IMG/VR virus record: IMGVR_UViG_3300014204_000018
Location: 1,561 to 65,560 of that record
Source: a virus
Taxonomy: Duplodnaviria; Caudoviricetes
Strand: one strand, 5' to 3'
DNA: 64,000 nt
Shown here one piece after another: positions 48,336 through 59,045 of the stretch. The position numbers and the translations under genes were made by a program. The notes below the pieces were generated by a model. The model was not told the DNA's origin. It searched no databases and was given only the letters and a program-made list of their open reading frames with translations. Position 1 is the first letter of the stretch. Every line of letters begins with the position of its first letter.

Positions 48336-48713
48336 ATGGAATCTGAAAGAAAACGATACGCTCAATTAATAACAATAACGCAAGACGATATTAATACTTT
48401 TTGTGTACTGTCAAAAGATACTAATCCAATACACAAAAGCAACAGCGAACGCATTGCCCCCGGTCTTCTCGTTTCAAGTCTATTTGCCGGTCAAGTTGCT
48501 TCTATGTATCCGGGCTGTTTATTAGTAGAAATTGCCTTCACTTTTATAAGTCCAATTTTTGCAGATGAAGCAATATATTATCAAACAGAAGAAATTGAGG
48601 ATACCGGCAAGCTTGTTTATTTAAAGCATATTGCTAAAAGATTGCTTTGTGAAAAAGAAACTGTACTGCTCCTTGGCAATAGTATTATAAAAAAAAGGAA
48701 AGGAAGAAAATGA
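48336..48713 (+). CDS. MaoC-like hotdog-fold dehydratase
   Basis: FCVLSKDTNPIH...IAPGLLVSSL...F.SPIF. Confidence 0.8.
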   Translation: MESERKRYAQLITITQDDINTFCVLSKDTNPIHKSNSERIAPGLLVSSLFAGQVASMYPGCLLVEIAFTFISPIFADEAIYYQTEEIEDTGKLVYLKHIAKRLLCEKETVLLLGNSIIKKRKGRK

Positions 48714-48946
48714 ATAACCTTAAAAAAGAAATTTTAAAAGAAGTAAAGATTCTAATTATTATTTTCTTCTTTATCATTCAACCTTTAATTTTATTCTTTA
48801 TCTTATGCGACTTGTATAAAAAAGTAGAAGACATTAATTATCTAAGAGCAAGAATCAATACTTTAGAACTTGCAATCCGCTGGGGCAGTAACGCAAATAA
48901 GAAAGGAGAAGAACAATGCGTGAAAAAACAAAAAGAGATATTTTAG
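48710..48946 (+). CDS. small membrane protein
   Basis: One hydrophobic segment followed by a coiled region. Confidence 0.55.
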   Translation: MNNLKKEILKEVKILIIIFFFIIQPLILFFILCDLYKKVEDINYLRARINTLELAIRWGSNANKKGEEQCVKKQKEIF

Positions 48947-49596
48947 TAATCATTGTTTTAATCGAAGCACTTTTTTTATTGTTAGCTTATATTCCAGAAT
49001 CGGAAGGTGTAGAACTCGGAGTTCAATATAACAGGACACTACCTGAAAGTGAGAACTTTGCTGCTTCTGACGGAATAAAAATAAGTATTGCTCCTTCTGA
49101 TTCGTTATGGTATTTATGGGGTTCCGCTGACATTGGAGAAATGAAATTAGTATCGCAGCCTTTTGGTGATCTTCTTCTCTTAGGTGGTGGCGTAGGAATA
49201 AAAAAAGAAATAGTAAATGGGTTCTCATTCTTTATTGAACTTGGCTACTACTATCCAAATGGAAGTGAAGCAGACAAGTGGCATGAACACAATGACGGAA
49301 TGTATGACAAAATATATTTGCACCTAAACGAGAAGTACTCACAGATATATGGTATCAAAAAATTCGATATTTATAAAATGACTTTACGAGAAGCAATCGG
49401 AGGCAGCATCGGGGTAAATCTTGTTCTTAACAAAGGCAGTTCAATGGAAGTAAATCTTTTCGCGGGATATAGACTTCTTACTATACGAATGAAAACTGAG
49501 GCCCATTGGTTAGACCCCACTATTAACGGTTACTGGAATAGAGTTGAATATGAAGAACTTTCTGGACTTTTTGTTGGAGCGAGTATTGCTTTCTAA
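48916..49596 (+). CDS. outer-membrane beta-barrel-like protein
   Basis: N-terminal signal-like segment, alternating beta pattern, C-terminal GLFVGASIAF ending in Phe. Confidence 0.65.
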   Translation: MREKTKRDILVIIVLIEALFLLLAYIPESEGVELGVQYNRTLPESENFAASDGIKISIAPSDSLWYLWGSADIGEMKLVSQPFGDLLLLGGGVGIKKEIVNGFSFFIELGYYYPNGSEADKWHEHNDGMYDKIYLHLNEKYSQIYGIKKFDIYKMTLREAIGGSIGVNLVLNKGSSMEVNLFAGYRLLTIRMKTEAHWLDPTINGYWNRVEYEELSGLFVGASIAF

Positions 49597-49600
49597 AACA

Positions 49601-49623
49601 TAGGGAGGATTAAATCCTCCCTA
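49601..49623. terminator. hairpin between the convergent early and late operons
   Basis: tagggaggat-taa-atcctcccta. Confidence 0.65.
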
Positions 49624-49626
49624 TTA

Positions 49627-50292
49627 TTATTTTTGTTCTCCCCATCCTAACTTTGCTGCTACGAATTTTGAAACATTCCTATCACAAAACCACCATGAGA
49701 AGGAAGTAACGGCCAAATATAAAACAGTATGAACTGCGAGAAGAAGAATTTGAAATGCCTGTTCTCCGCTTATCTCAACACCAGCCCTGCTTGATATATC
49801 ATAGGCAATCACCGTGATATAGGTAGCAAGCCCCATTGTATAGTAAGTCAAGAACGGACGCGCACTTCCCTTTATCATATCAATAAAAGCAAAGCCTAAA
49901 GTAATCAAGTAGACAGTAAACCCTGCCAGAAAAGAATACCACTTCTTCCCTTTTGCAATATCGACAAGGTACTTCATGTAATCTTGATAAAATAAAGCAG
50001 TATCAGCCTTCTCCTGCGATGCCTTATATGCTGCGGCATCAAGTTGAGCAATCACACCCGCCGTTTGTTCTCTTGCAATTTGAATCTTTGCGTCTGCTTC
50101 TGCTTGAATCTCCTTCAAATCAAGATCGCGCATAGCACGATCATGGATTCTCTCCTGCGCCTTTATTTCAGCATCCAACTTCTTCATTTTATAATTCGTA
50201 AAGAACGTAATGACACTTCCCAAAAGACCGGACAAAATACCAGCGATGCCTGTTGAAGCCCCGCTTGTAAAAAAACTTATAATTGCATCCAT
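49627..50292 (-). CDS. multi-pass membrane protein, holin-like
   Basis: N-terminal TM, coiled coil, three C-terminal TMs, RPFLTY and WWFCDR motifs; in lysis cassette. Confidence 0.55.
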   Translation of the reverse strand: MDAIISFFTSGASTGIAGILSGLLGSVITFFTNYKMKKLDAEIKAQERIHDRAMRDLDLKEIQAEADAKIQIAREQTAGVIAQLDAAAYKASQEKADTALFYQDYMKYLVDIAKGKKWYSFLAGFTVYLITLGFAFIDMIKGSARPFLTYYTMGLATYITVIAYDISSRAGVEISGEQAFQILLLAVHTVLYLAVTSFSWWFCDRNVSKFVAAKLGWGEQK

Positions 50293-50301
50293 ATCTACCT
50301 C

Positions 50302-50622
50302 CTACTTATAAATTCTAAGTACTTTTTTGTTATTGACGGCAATGATAACATTCAAAACAAGTAGAACAATTAAAGCGATTGTTAGAATAAGAGAAGTAGC
50401 AAACAGGCTAAGTGCTATCGTACCGCAAATAACAAACCAGAAGTGGCTTAAAAAAACAGAAGGTACAATCCCGAAATGCTCCGTCAAGAAGTTCATAATG
50501 GGATTTAATTCTCTTCCTCCTTTTTTAAGAATTATAATCGTTGAGTACATATCAAAACCCTGAACAAGAACAAGTAGAAATAGTAAGAATGAATTTAGAA
50601 TTTGCATCGTTACTCCTTTCAA
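50302..50622 (-). CDS. DUF5658-like membrane protein
   Basis: D..ST..IL..GG.ELNP motif, three TMs. Confidence 0.6.
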   Translation of the reverse strand: MKGVTMQILNSFLLFLLVLVQGFDMYSTIIILKKGGRELNPIMNFLTEHFGIVPSVFLSHFWFVICGTIALSLFATSLILTIALIVLLVLNVIIAVNNKKVLRIYK

Positions 50623-51039
50623 TTAAATATTTTCAATGATTAATTTAAACTGCTCCCCGGCCATATACTTAATGAAAGCGTTAAGGGTACTTCTTGATAC
50701 AAGAACTGCTTCTTGTCCATAAAGCCTTCCTCTTATTTTTCCTAAAATAATACAACCAAGAGAATGCGTTTTGAATCCAGCCGAAACATCACCAGCAACA
50801 TTACCATAATGAGTGAGAATCCAACTTCTTCTTGGAACTTCCTTCACCCAGTAAACCCATCCGAACCTTGGTGACTTTCTCATTTCTACTTCATATTCGC
50901 CAGTCGGGATGCAAGAAATGTTTGGTTCATTCTGCTTCCACGGCAGCTCAATAGTTCTACAAGAAAAGCCAGGAGTAGTTAATACTCCTATTGTTCCTTG
51001 TACGCTTGACGGCATTCTAAATAATGTAGCAGTTTTCAT
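50623..51039 (-). CDS. DUF5675-family putative endolysin
   Basis: TIELPW..N....SCIPTGEY, ILTHYGN, SLGCIILG. Confidence 0.75.
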   Translation of the reverse strand: MKTATLFRMPSSVQGTIGVLTTPGFSCRTIELPWKQNEPNISCIPTGEYEVEMRKSPRFGWVYWVKEVPRRSWILTHYGNVAGDVSAGFKTHSLGCIILGKIRGRLYGQEAVLVSRSTLNAFIKYMAGEQFKLIIENI

Positions 51040-51048
51040 AATTACTAC

Positions 51049-51510
51049 CTATAGCATTAAATCAGGTCGTCCATTATTTGCCTTTAAAATTTTTTTCAGT
51101 TCAATTATTTCTTCCGTATGCTGATTAATCTTTTCCAATAGTGGTTTTTGCAAGTCGTCCATTTTTTTAAGGAGAACATCTTGAAATAAATCAAACGTAA
51201 TTCTGAAATTCTCCTTCATTTCAAAAGAAGCAATCTTGCAAAACGTTTCATGTTCTTCATCTGTTATAAATCTTTTCATGGATTCTTCTACCCCTCTTAA
51301 TTTACAGTAGATTTGATCGTGCTGCGCTTTAGCAGAAGCAGCAGGAACGTAAATAAGAGTTCCATCGTCTCGGAATAAGTACCGCTTCATATCCTTTATG
51401 CTACTTGCATTTTCTCCGATTCGATAAAAGGAAATTGCAATCATAGCTACTACCGGCAGAAGCCAAATAATAACAGGCCAGAATTTTAGAAATTCGTCGA
51501 AGTGATTCAT
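51049..51510 (-). CDS. membrane-anchored hypothetical protein
   Basis: N-terminal TM followed by a coiled region. Confidence 0.55.
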   Translation of the reverse strand: MNHFDEFLKFWPVIIWLLPVVAMIAISFYRIGENASSIKDMKRYLFRDDGTLIYVPAASAKAQHDQIYCKLRGVEESMKRFITDEEHETFCKIASFEMKENFRITFDLFQDVLLKKMDDLQKPLLEKINQHTEEIIELKKILKANNGRPDLML

Positions 51511-51512
51511 AA

Positions 51513-51797
51513 CTATAATTCCTTTATTATTTCTTCTATCGGTTCTTCAACCGGCTTTAGCAATGCCTCCTTCACCCCATAATCAGCAAGGAAAGCGTCT
51601 ATATCTTTTAATTCTTCTACCAACTCAGCTCTCCTTGCTTCGATAGCACTTTTATTTACAATATCAACCCTTGATTGAAGTACATTTCCTGTCACCTTAT
51701 TAAAAATAGGACGATGGAACTCAATCTCTTTCTTCTCATTCACAATAAAATCAGTCACCTTCTTTAACTTCAATACACGATAACTTGTTGATAGCAT
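51513..51797 (-). CDS. hypothetical protein
   Basis: 94 aa ORF with RBS. Confidence 0.5.
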   Translation of the reverse strand: MLSTSYRVLKLKKVTDFIVNEKKEIEFHRPIFNKVTGNVLQSRVDIVNKSAIEARRAELVEELKDIDAFLADYGVKEALLKPVEEPIEEIIKEL

Positions 51798-52131
51798 TTT
51801 CTCCTCCTTCCAATTCTTTAATTATTTTTGTCATATTGTTAATTTGGTTAACAGAAAACATAAGAGCGCGGGCCATTTTAGAAAATTCTTTTCCCATGTT
51901 AAGTACTTCGCTTTTATTTTCTATCGCCCGATTCCTTGCTTCATTTGTTGCTTCTTGCATTCCGTCAATGCAACTCATAAAGTAGTGCTGCGAATTTGCG
52001 ATTACTTGTATCATGCAATCGGTTCGCATCTGCTTGACACCAGTAGGATGCCCGTTTTCTACTATCTCTACTTCATGCGCCCTGAACAATCGGCAATCCT
52101 CACAATTCTTACAAATACATTTCTTCTTCAT
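51751..52131 (-). CDS. hypothetical Cys-containing protein
   Basis: CICKNCEDC N-terminus, RBS. Confidence 0.55.
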   Translation of the reverse strand: MKKKCICKNCEDCRLFRAHEVEIVENGHPTGVKQMRTDCMIQVIANSQHYFMSCIDGMQEATNEARNRAIENKSEVLNMGKEFSKMARALMFSVNQINNMTKIIKELEGGENAINKLSCIEVKEGD

Positions 52132-52159
52132 TTTTAATTCTCCTTATGGTTAAGTATTA

Positions 52160-53005
52160 TTAAGCAGTATCTAATTGATAAAGTTTTCCAATAGAAGCAG
52201 ACGGTCGCCATGTAGCACCATGACTATGCGCGTCACCGGCAAGACCGACACCAGAAGAAGACAAGGCGATATTTGGTTCTGCTGTAGTATCTCTTCCTTG
52301 AAATGTATAATCACCAAAAGAAGAAGTTGATCGTGACGTAGCAAGTGGTCTGGCATCAGTCAACGCTGAATCACCACCAATGTCTCTTACAACTAAATGC
52401 TTATGCAATGCTAATTCTGCTGCTGTTAATGCGTGTCCTTCCTGCGTCCACGTCCCTGCCGCCGTACCACCATTGACATTATAATCTTCCGTACCACCTG
52501 AAACACCAAGAACTGTATCTGCTCCAGTAGCAAGTACTTTCCACCCCGGAGGCGCTGCGTTCATATACATCCAAATAATAGTAGAAGAATTACCTGTCAT
52601 AAACTTTGGCGAAGCACCCATACCATTAGTAGGAATTGCTACATCATAAGTACCATCGTTTATGCCTAAGAAATTCGGATAAACAGCACCTTCCTGAACA
52701 AAGTCTGCGGCATCATAAGTAACAATGTCACCAAACAAATTCCCGTCTTGGTAGAAGTTTATCGTACCATCGTCAGTATTGATAGTACATATTTCTACCC
52801 ATCCAGAAGTGACTGTATATCGTTTTAAAATTTCATCAGGACTTCCACTTGAATCCCACCAAAACATTCCTTCAAACGGATTGTCGGGAGCAGTTGATCC
52901 TCTATTCGCATCACCAATCGCGTCGAAAATGCTTTCCAATGCAGACTTTAAGCCTGCCATTGTAAGTGGAGAAGAAGGGACGTTATAATTAGTTACTTGA
53001 CTCAT
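52160..53005 (-). CDS. tail fibre protein
   Basis: GSTAPDNPFEGMFWWD anchor, AAPPGWK collar-like motif, GHALTAAELALHKH. Confidence 0.75.
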   Translation of the reverse strand: MSQVTNYNVPSSPLTMAGLKSALESIFDAIGDANRGSTAPDNPFEGMFWWDSSGSPDEILKRYTVTSGWVEICTINTDDGTINFYQDGNLFGDIVTYDAADFVQEGAVYPNFLGINDGTYDVAIPTNGMGASPKFMTGNSSTIIWMYMNAAPPGWKVLATGADTVLGVSGGTEDYNVNGGTAAGTWTQEGHALTAAELALHKHLVVRDIGGDSALTDARPLATSRSTSSFGDYTFQGRDTTAEPNIALSSSGVGLAGDAHSHGATWRPSASIGKLYQLDTA

Positions 53006-53014
53006 TGCTTCCTC

Positions 53015-56000
53015 CTATTCTATTGAACCGTAAGCTTTAGCAACTCCGGTAATTTCTCTTGATACCGAAGAACCACCATTAGTAAAGGCTATATCAAAGC
53101 CAGTAGAATCAAGATTCGATATAGTATATTTATCTCCTTCCTGTCCGTCAACAACTGCAATTCCAATTTCTGGCGTTACATAAAAAGCAGGAGAAAAAGT
53201 AATTCGTGAACCGGACGAATCAACAGTAGAATTGAAGCCTACTACCCTGTCCGGCATATCAAGAATAACATTAACTGAATATACAATCGGAGTAATGCCA
53301 GGAGCAGTTCCTTTTAATCTAAGCCTGCATTGAAAAGCGCGGCCAGTATAGTCTCCCATCAGGAACGGCTTCCAATCACTCCAAGTTGTAATACCCGAAG
53401 AACTATCAGCAGCAGAAGAACTATCCAACCCAGGTTCATCATTAGTAGTTCTTATTTCAAAGTCAACTGAATATAAGCTATCAACAGAAGCATATAAATT
53501 CGTTACTTCATATAAGTTCGGAATATCGTATAGATCAGAATATAAATCTGTTCCTGCTACTGATAAAGTCGCGTAAACCCTAACTTGAAATACGCTTCCA
53601 AGATCGACAATATCACTTAAAATATAAGTTCCTTCTTCATAAATTTCATCCGTAACAGGATTGACGGAAAGCCTTAACCCGCCAAGGCCCGCGTCGTATT
53701 CTACATTGTCTGCTACGCCAGACCAAACGGATGAATCAGGTTGCGCTATTTCTTCTACGTAATTCAAACCAAGAATTTGCGAAACGCTTGTAGGCGCAAC
53801 GGCAGCAGTTTCGGATTCGTTTCCAGAGAAGTCAATCGCCTTTATTAAATAAGAACCAATCATAAGCGGTACTTCTACTGACGTAGCTGGTTTTCCAACT
53901 TTTAATATTACGTCAACAGATTCATTCCAAGCCGCCCCAACCGTTTTCTCCGACCATCTTATTCTATAATGCGACAAGTCTATATCTGTAACCGCATCCC
54001 ATTGAAGATGAACGTTAGAACCGATTACATTACAGGAGAAATTCGTTACGTCTTCTGGTGGGTCTTGCTGTCCGGTTACTGTTTCAACCGTAGTATCTGA
54101 CCAATCAGAGGCCATACCATAGATAGAAATTGCTTGTAGCTGTATATCGTATGATTCGCCGTCTTCTACGTCTGAAATAATTATCAGGTTATTTTCAGCG
54201 GGGGCCTCTACTACCACCCATTCAACATTTTCCGTTATGCGGTATCTCGCACGATAAGTAGCAATTCTTAAATTACTTGAAGGGGGTTTAATATAAACAA
54301 AAATTCTCGAAGTAATACCGAACGGTTTAACATCAAGTGCAAGCGTGCCTGATTCTATATTTTCAACAGAAGGAGCATTTGGTTTTACCCTTGTAATATC
54401 AAGAGGAGAAACAATATTCGTCTCGAAATCCGGTATCGTACCTTGATCTGCATTATATATTTCTTCTGCAAGATCAACAAGAGTAAGTTTTGCTACAAAA
54501 CCATTTTGCCTTTCTATTGACTTCACAAGACATTCTACTGTTTCCCTATCTGCTTCGCCGAACATAGCTAAGTCCCCTACTTCTGGCCCTGAATCCTGCG
54601 GAACTTGTGCTGCTAATGTTAGCTGATTTGTCGTGCCTGGAGAAGTCACAATAGATAGAACCTGACTTGTGTTATTAGTGTCGGCCCTTCTAAAACGACA
54701 AGCATAAATTTCTCCTTCTTCCATTAAAACTTCTTCATCAAGAACAAGGCCGGTAATTCTGTTCGGGTCGTCAAGGTCTATAAGTACTTCATACGTAAAG
54801 TTATCAGGATCATTCGGATTAAAGCCTGAATCTTCTTCTTGCCACTCAACGAAAACGCCAGTAGCAGAAGGAGTAAGAACTTGCTCAACTTTATTTGAAG
54901 CGTCACACGTTTCTGTGCCTTCGCTTGTGAAGTACAGGTCAACATTTGCCGTTGAGCCCGCTGCGGGGTAGGCGGCATCAAGATTATTGGTAGAGGCATC
55001 CCACCATTTATCTAGTCGGATCGTTTTAGGCGTCCAGCAGCCGGTAGCGCCGATTTGATAAGTATTTACCGCTTTGACATAATAAATTGTGCCGGTTGCT
55101 ATGACTGTCCACGGTACTCCATTAGCATCACAGGGAAAAATGTAAAGAGCCGTTTCCATTTCCTGTGCAGTAAACGGAAGTTTAATTCCCGTTACTTCCG
55201 TGCCCGGAGGCACAGCCAAGGCTTTACTCATGTTCCCATACAGACCTTCTCCGATTCCATCTCCAGTGGCGCCAGTGCGCACCTGAAAATACTGGATAAC
55301 GCTAGCAGCATCGTTATAGATTGTTAGCGTTACTCCGTTGTTTTTCCCTGCGGCAAGTACTGCCGTCTTACTTATATCAAGACGACCTGTTGCTCCCGTC
55401 CTTTCAACCTTTAGCCAATCGTCGCTGCCGTTTATTCCGTCTGTGTTCCCCGTTAAAGTCGCGCCTGCTGCATTCCCACTCCACCCATCAACTCCCACGC
55501 TAAAATCACTCTCATAGATCGGCGTCTGACTCCCCCACTGATCCGCCTCGTCCACATCGTCATCCGGCAGTGCGGCGACTTGGTCGGAAGTGAGGGCGCG
55601 GTTGTAGAAGACATCTAATCTGGATGTTATGTTTGACGTGACTAATTGAAGTAAAGACCCATTATATAAGTTGCTAGACGGTTCAATCGACACTGGACTG
55701 GCAGCAGTAATAACCTGTGATCCCGCAAGAGTTTTGTTTACATATATACTGATCATTCCATCGGAAGATTCTGTTTCTCGTTCCACAGCTACTATAAGAT
55801 CAAATTCTTCATTATTCGCGATATCAAGAGCTGAAGTTGTTACTGAGATTCCCGCGTCATTGCGGTACAATACGAACCGTATATCATAGGTAGATCGCTT
55901 CCAGCAGACAAATCCAGTATAAATCCCTGCACCCGCTGAAGACCTTTCTGAAAACAGATATGAGGCAATGGCTTCGTCCCAATCCTGGAGTGATATTTTT

Positions 56001-58657
56001 TTGCGAATTGTGAAATTACCGGTGCCTGGAACTATATTTGTGTCATTCTCGATTGATATGCCCTCTGTCGCAACAGCCCCATCTATTGTAACGCTCTGCC
56101 CTGCCTTGTCGGTAGGGAAAACGCTCGTTTTGTCTTCGGCTGTGACCTTGTAGAGCAGTCCAGAAGTAAGAGTTCCGCTGTTTATTTCTGCGCCAGTCGT
56201 CTCAGCCCAACCACTACTACTTTCTTTAACGTCAACAATAATCCCCGACTTCGCATTTGAACTGCTATCTGTGATCCTAACATATCTATCAATATGATCT
56301 GTCAGAACATCAGCAACACCAAAATCAACAAAGGAATAACTACTTCCTCCATCGCTTATTCTTATTTCTTCTTTATCAACTGCTCCTGATTCTAAGTCCT
56401 CCTGATAAGTAGTAATTAATTTTTTCACCCTACCCCAACCACTACCCCACCGTGGAACATCATGCGAAACGCGAACTAAAGAACCTCTTCTACAAACAAG
56501 GTGTTCAAAGTCCATATATAAAGAATATACTTCGGGACGTAACCGCGCTTGTGCTATGTTATAGCGGCCATGCTTCCATACAAGATCAGGGTTTGTTATT
56601 CCGGGAGGAAAGGAAACAGATTCAAAGTCAGTAGCATTAGCAGAAGTATAACCGTCGTCATAAACGATACGTTCATCAGGTAGAAAGTCATTGTCCTCAT
56701 TTACAAATGAAATTCTAAAACCATGCGGTCGATAGTAAAGAGCCTTCTCCGAAGAAAAACCCCATGAATTTCTGGGCGTGATATGCTGCGAAATTTCTTT
56801 ACCTTCATAATCGTATATAACGCTCCACTTCCCGTCAACGATTGTCGGTGCTGCCCGACCAGAAGAAGCAATATCGCATAAAGTATCCCAAACCGAAGTT
56901 CTAAAATCACGAATCATATTAAACTCAAAACCATTTTCTACGCAGTAATCATACCATTCTCCAAGAGTATCATTATCTATTTGAGAAGAAGTTTTCGGTC
57001 TTGGGTTCGCTGGGTGCATAAGAACAAAACGAAATAAAGCAGCAGGGTTTTGAGTAGGAGATTCTTCAGTCGTCCATCCACCGGACTCCCATATCGGAGC
57101 GTAAGAAGTAGCAATAACATTGTAAGTATCAATTAAACCTTGTAGCTGTTCGGAAGCCCGTATCCGCAAAGCATCCATAGCAATAGGAGAAGGAAAGTCA
57201 ACAGGATGAACATTTATAATAGACTTTAAACTTGTCCAATAAACTTCATCCACAATAAACGTTGAATTAGAATCAGTAGTAATTCTTGTTAATGCTACGT
57301 CATAACGTTTTGTAGAATCAACCGTCCATCGAATGCCGAATCGAAGAGCAGAATAACGTTTTCTCCTTACATAGAAGGCGTTTGCATCCTCATATAAAAT
57401 TGTACCATTACTTATACTGATTGAAGTTCCAGTAGCGCCCCAACTAACAGTATCAAAACCTGTTACTCCGGTAGGGTTAAGTTTTGTTATACTTTCAATG
57501 CTAAGAGAAGAATCAATTACTACTTCTACCACACGATATTTACCTGCCTTCGCTGCAACGCCATCATCATAGGAAATAGTAGGAGATTCAGAATCTATAT
57601 CAACATATATACTGTATGTATCCGCTGTTTGCGGCAAAGTAATAGAAGTACCTGAAACGTAAATTGTCTTATCTCGATATACTTCTGTCCACCCTGCACC
57701 AGAAGAATCGTCGTGGTCGCGATATTCTACCTTAACGTTTACTACTTTATGTTGCAATGTACCACTTGTTGAATCGCCAAGACCTCTTGGAAATGATATA
57801 TCAAGAGATAATTCATTTGCCCCTGCTCGCGCCGTTCTTACTATCGCACCGCCCGTAGCAGTCAATAACACACCTACCGAATCCTGATAAACAGTTCTTG
57901 GAATCAGCGTTATATCAGTATCAGACACGACTCCTTCTTTTGATTCTATCTCATAATCCTCAAACGCTGTAAGGTTTGTTTCTCCTATTTTTCTATCTTC
58001 AATTAATAATCGTCCATAACCAAAAACAAATAGTAGTCGTAAGAACTCCTCCTGCCCGACTATTTCTGTATAAGGCTTTGTGCCAAACAGCGGATAGACC
58101 CTATGCCTTCCGAGAATAACTGGAATTACGCCAAACGGCGACTCCTGATTTCTCGCGCCGGTTATAGAATAGGCTTGTGATGTTTTGTTTGCTTCTGGAG
58201 CATTAAGTCCACTTGTTCTCATCGGTACGAGCGCATTAATAAGAAGGGTCGATGCCGTCATAAGTGCAGAAGTAATAAGCCCTGTTACAGCCATCGTAGC
58301 ATTAGCACTAAGCGAAAACGCCTCCCCAACCGCCGCGCCCAGCGCCCCACCATAATAAGCAGAAGCAACTACGGCAACAAGCGTAAGAATCGTTCTTAAA
58401 GGATTCTTACCGTCGCCGCCGTGAAGTGCTACATGAATCATAACATGAGAATCAGCGGGAGGTACTTTGTTCCATGAAAGCCGCCTTAATACCATACCGT
58501 CAACTTCTACTACCATATCATAATCATGTAAATATACTGGAACGTCTCGATAGCAGAAGTCAACTATTTCCTTTACGGTCATACCTTGCGGAACAAGTAC
58601 TACCTTTGCTTTTTTTATAACCGAAGGACTGACTATTATTTCTCTATTTTTTTGCAT
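53015..58657 (-). CDS. tail tip / host-specificity protein J with internal lectin-like insertion
   Basis: Ubiquitin-like N-terminus, IPVILGRHRVYP, FnIII repeats; start reassigned to MQKNRE at 58657. Confidence 0.85.
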   Translation of the reverse strand: MQKNREIIVSPSVIKKAKVVLVPQGMTVKEIVDFCYRDVPVYLHDYDMVVEVDGMVLRRLSWNKVPPADSHVMIHVALHGGDGKNPLRTILTLVAVVASAYYGGALGAAVGEAFSLSANATMAVTGLITSALMTASTLLINALVPMRTSGLNAPEANKTSQAYSITGARNQESPFGVIPVILGRHRVYPLFGTKPYTEIVGQEEFLRLLFVFGYGRLLIEDRKIGETNLTAFEDYEIESKEGVVSDTDITLIPRTVYQDSVGVLLTATGGAIVRTARAGANELSLDISFPRGLGDSTSGTLQHKVVNVKVEYRDHDDSSGAGWTEVYRDKTIYVSGTSITLPQTADTYSIYVDIDSESPTISYDDGVAAKAGKYRVVEVVIDSSLSIESITKLNPTGVTGFDTVSWGATGTSISISNGTILYEDANAFYVRRKRYSALRFGIRWTVDSTKRYDVALTRITTDSNSTFIVDEVYWTSLKSIINVHPVDFPSPIAMDALRIRASEQLQGLIDTYNVIATSYAPIWESGGWTTEESPTQNPAALFRFVLMHPANPRPKTSSQIDNDTLGEWYDYCVENGFEFNMIRDFRTSVWDTLCDIASSGRAAPTIVDGKWSVIYDYEGKEISQHITPRNSWGFSSEKALYYRPHGFRISFVNEDNDFLPDERIVYDDGYTSANATDFESVSFPPGITNPDLVWKHGRYNIAQARLRPEVYSLYMDFEHLVCRRGSLVRVSHDVPRWGSGWGRVKKLITTYQEDLESGAVDKEEIRISDGGSSYSFVDFGVADVLTDHIDRYVRITDSSSNAKSGIIVDVKESSSGWAETTGAEINSGTLTSGLLYKVTAEDKTSVFPTDKAGQSVTIDGAVATEGISIENDTNIVPGTGNFTIRKKISLQDWDEAIASYLFSERSSAGAGIYTGFVCWKRSTYDIRFVLYRNDAGISVTTSALDIANNEEFDLIVAVERETESSDGMISIYVNKTLAGSQVITAASPVSIEPSSNLYNGSLLQLVTSNITSRLDVFYNRALTSDQVAALPDDDVDEADQWGSQTPIYESDFSVGVDGWSGNAAGATLTGNTDGINGSDDWLKVERTGATGRLDISKTAVLAAGKNNGVTLTIYNDAASVIQYFQVRTGATGDGIGEGLYGNMSKALAVPPGTEVTGIKLPFTAQEMETALYIFPCDANGVPWTVIATGTIYYVKAVNTYQIGATGCWTPKTIRLDKWWDASTNNLDAAYPAAGSTANVDLYFTSEGTETCDASNKVEQVLTPSATGVFVEWQEEDSGFNPNDPDNFTYEVLIDLDDPNRITGLVLDEEVLMEEGEIYACRFRRADTNNTSQVLSIVTSPGTTNQLTLAAQVPQDSGPEVGDLAMFGEADRETVECLVKSIERQNGFVAKLTLVDLAEEIYNADQGTIPDFETNIVSPLDITRVKPNAPSVENIESGTLALDVKPFGITSRIFVYIKPPSSNLRIATYRARYRITENVEWVVVEAPAENNLIIISDVEDGESYDIQLQAISIYGMASDWSDTTVETVTGQQDPPEDVTNFSCNVIGSNVHLQWDAVTDIDLSHYRIRWSEKTVGAAWNESVDVILKVGKPATSVEVPLMIGSYLIKAIDFSGNESETAAVAPTSVSQILGLNYVEEIAQPDSSVWSGVADNVEYDAGLGGLRLSVNPVTDEIYEEGTYILSDIVDLGSVFQVRVYATLSVAGTDLYSDLYDIPNLYEVTNLYASVDSLYSVDFEIRTTNDEPGLDSSSAADSSSGITTWSDWKPFLMGDYTGRAFQCRLRLKGTAPGITPIVYSVNVILDMPDRVVGFNSTVDSSGSRITFSPAFYVTPEIGIAVVDGQEGDKYTISNLDSTGFDIAFTNGGSSVSREITGVAKAYGSIE

Positions 58658-59045
58658 AGCGATAAAATCCTTCCACTTTGTTCTTCCATATAATATTATC
58701 AAAACTTTCAATTACAGAAAAGAAACCTACGTCAACATGGAGCATTGTTCTATTACTAACAGCAACGCCACAATGATAAAGCATTCGCCCAGTTCTTAGA
58801 AGAACAAGGGCAAATTTTTCAGGTCTTTTTATCGGCGTCCACTTCTCCTTTTCTGACTTCATAAGTTTTGTAACAGAAAGCAAAGAGTTCTCTGTCTTTT
58901 CAACGTATATACCATCAAATAAAGGAAGTGAAATTCCAAGTACTTCCTTATAAACGAGAACGACCAATCGCCAACAGTCAATTCCTAAGCGATCATTCCC
59001 GTTCTTCTTGAACGGGATTCCAATATAAGTATCAGTCCAAACCAT
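58644..59045 (-). CDS. NlpC/P60 tail-tip protein (gpK-like)
   Basis: GIDCWRLV...HCGV...MLH. Confidence 0.85.
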   Translation of the reverse strand: MVWTDTYIGIPFKKNGNDRLGIDCWRLVVLVYKEVLGISLPLFDGIYVEKTENSLLSVTKLMKSEKEKWTPIKRPEKFALVLLRTGRMLYHCGVAVSNRTMLHVDVGFFSVIESFDNIIWKNKVEGFYRYAKK

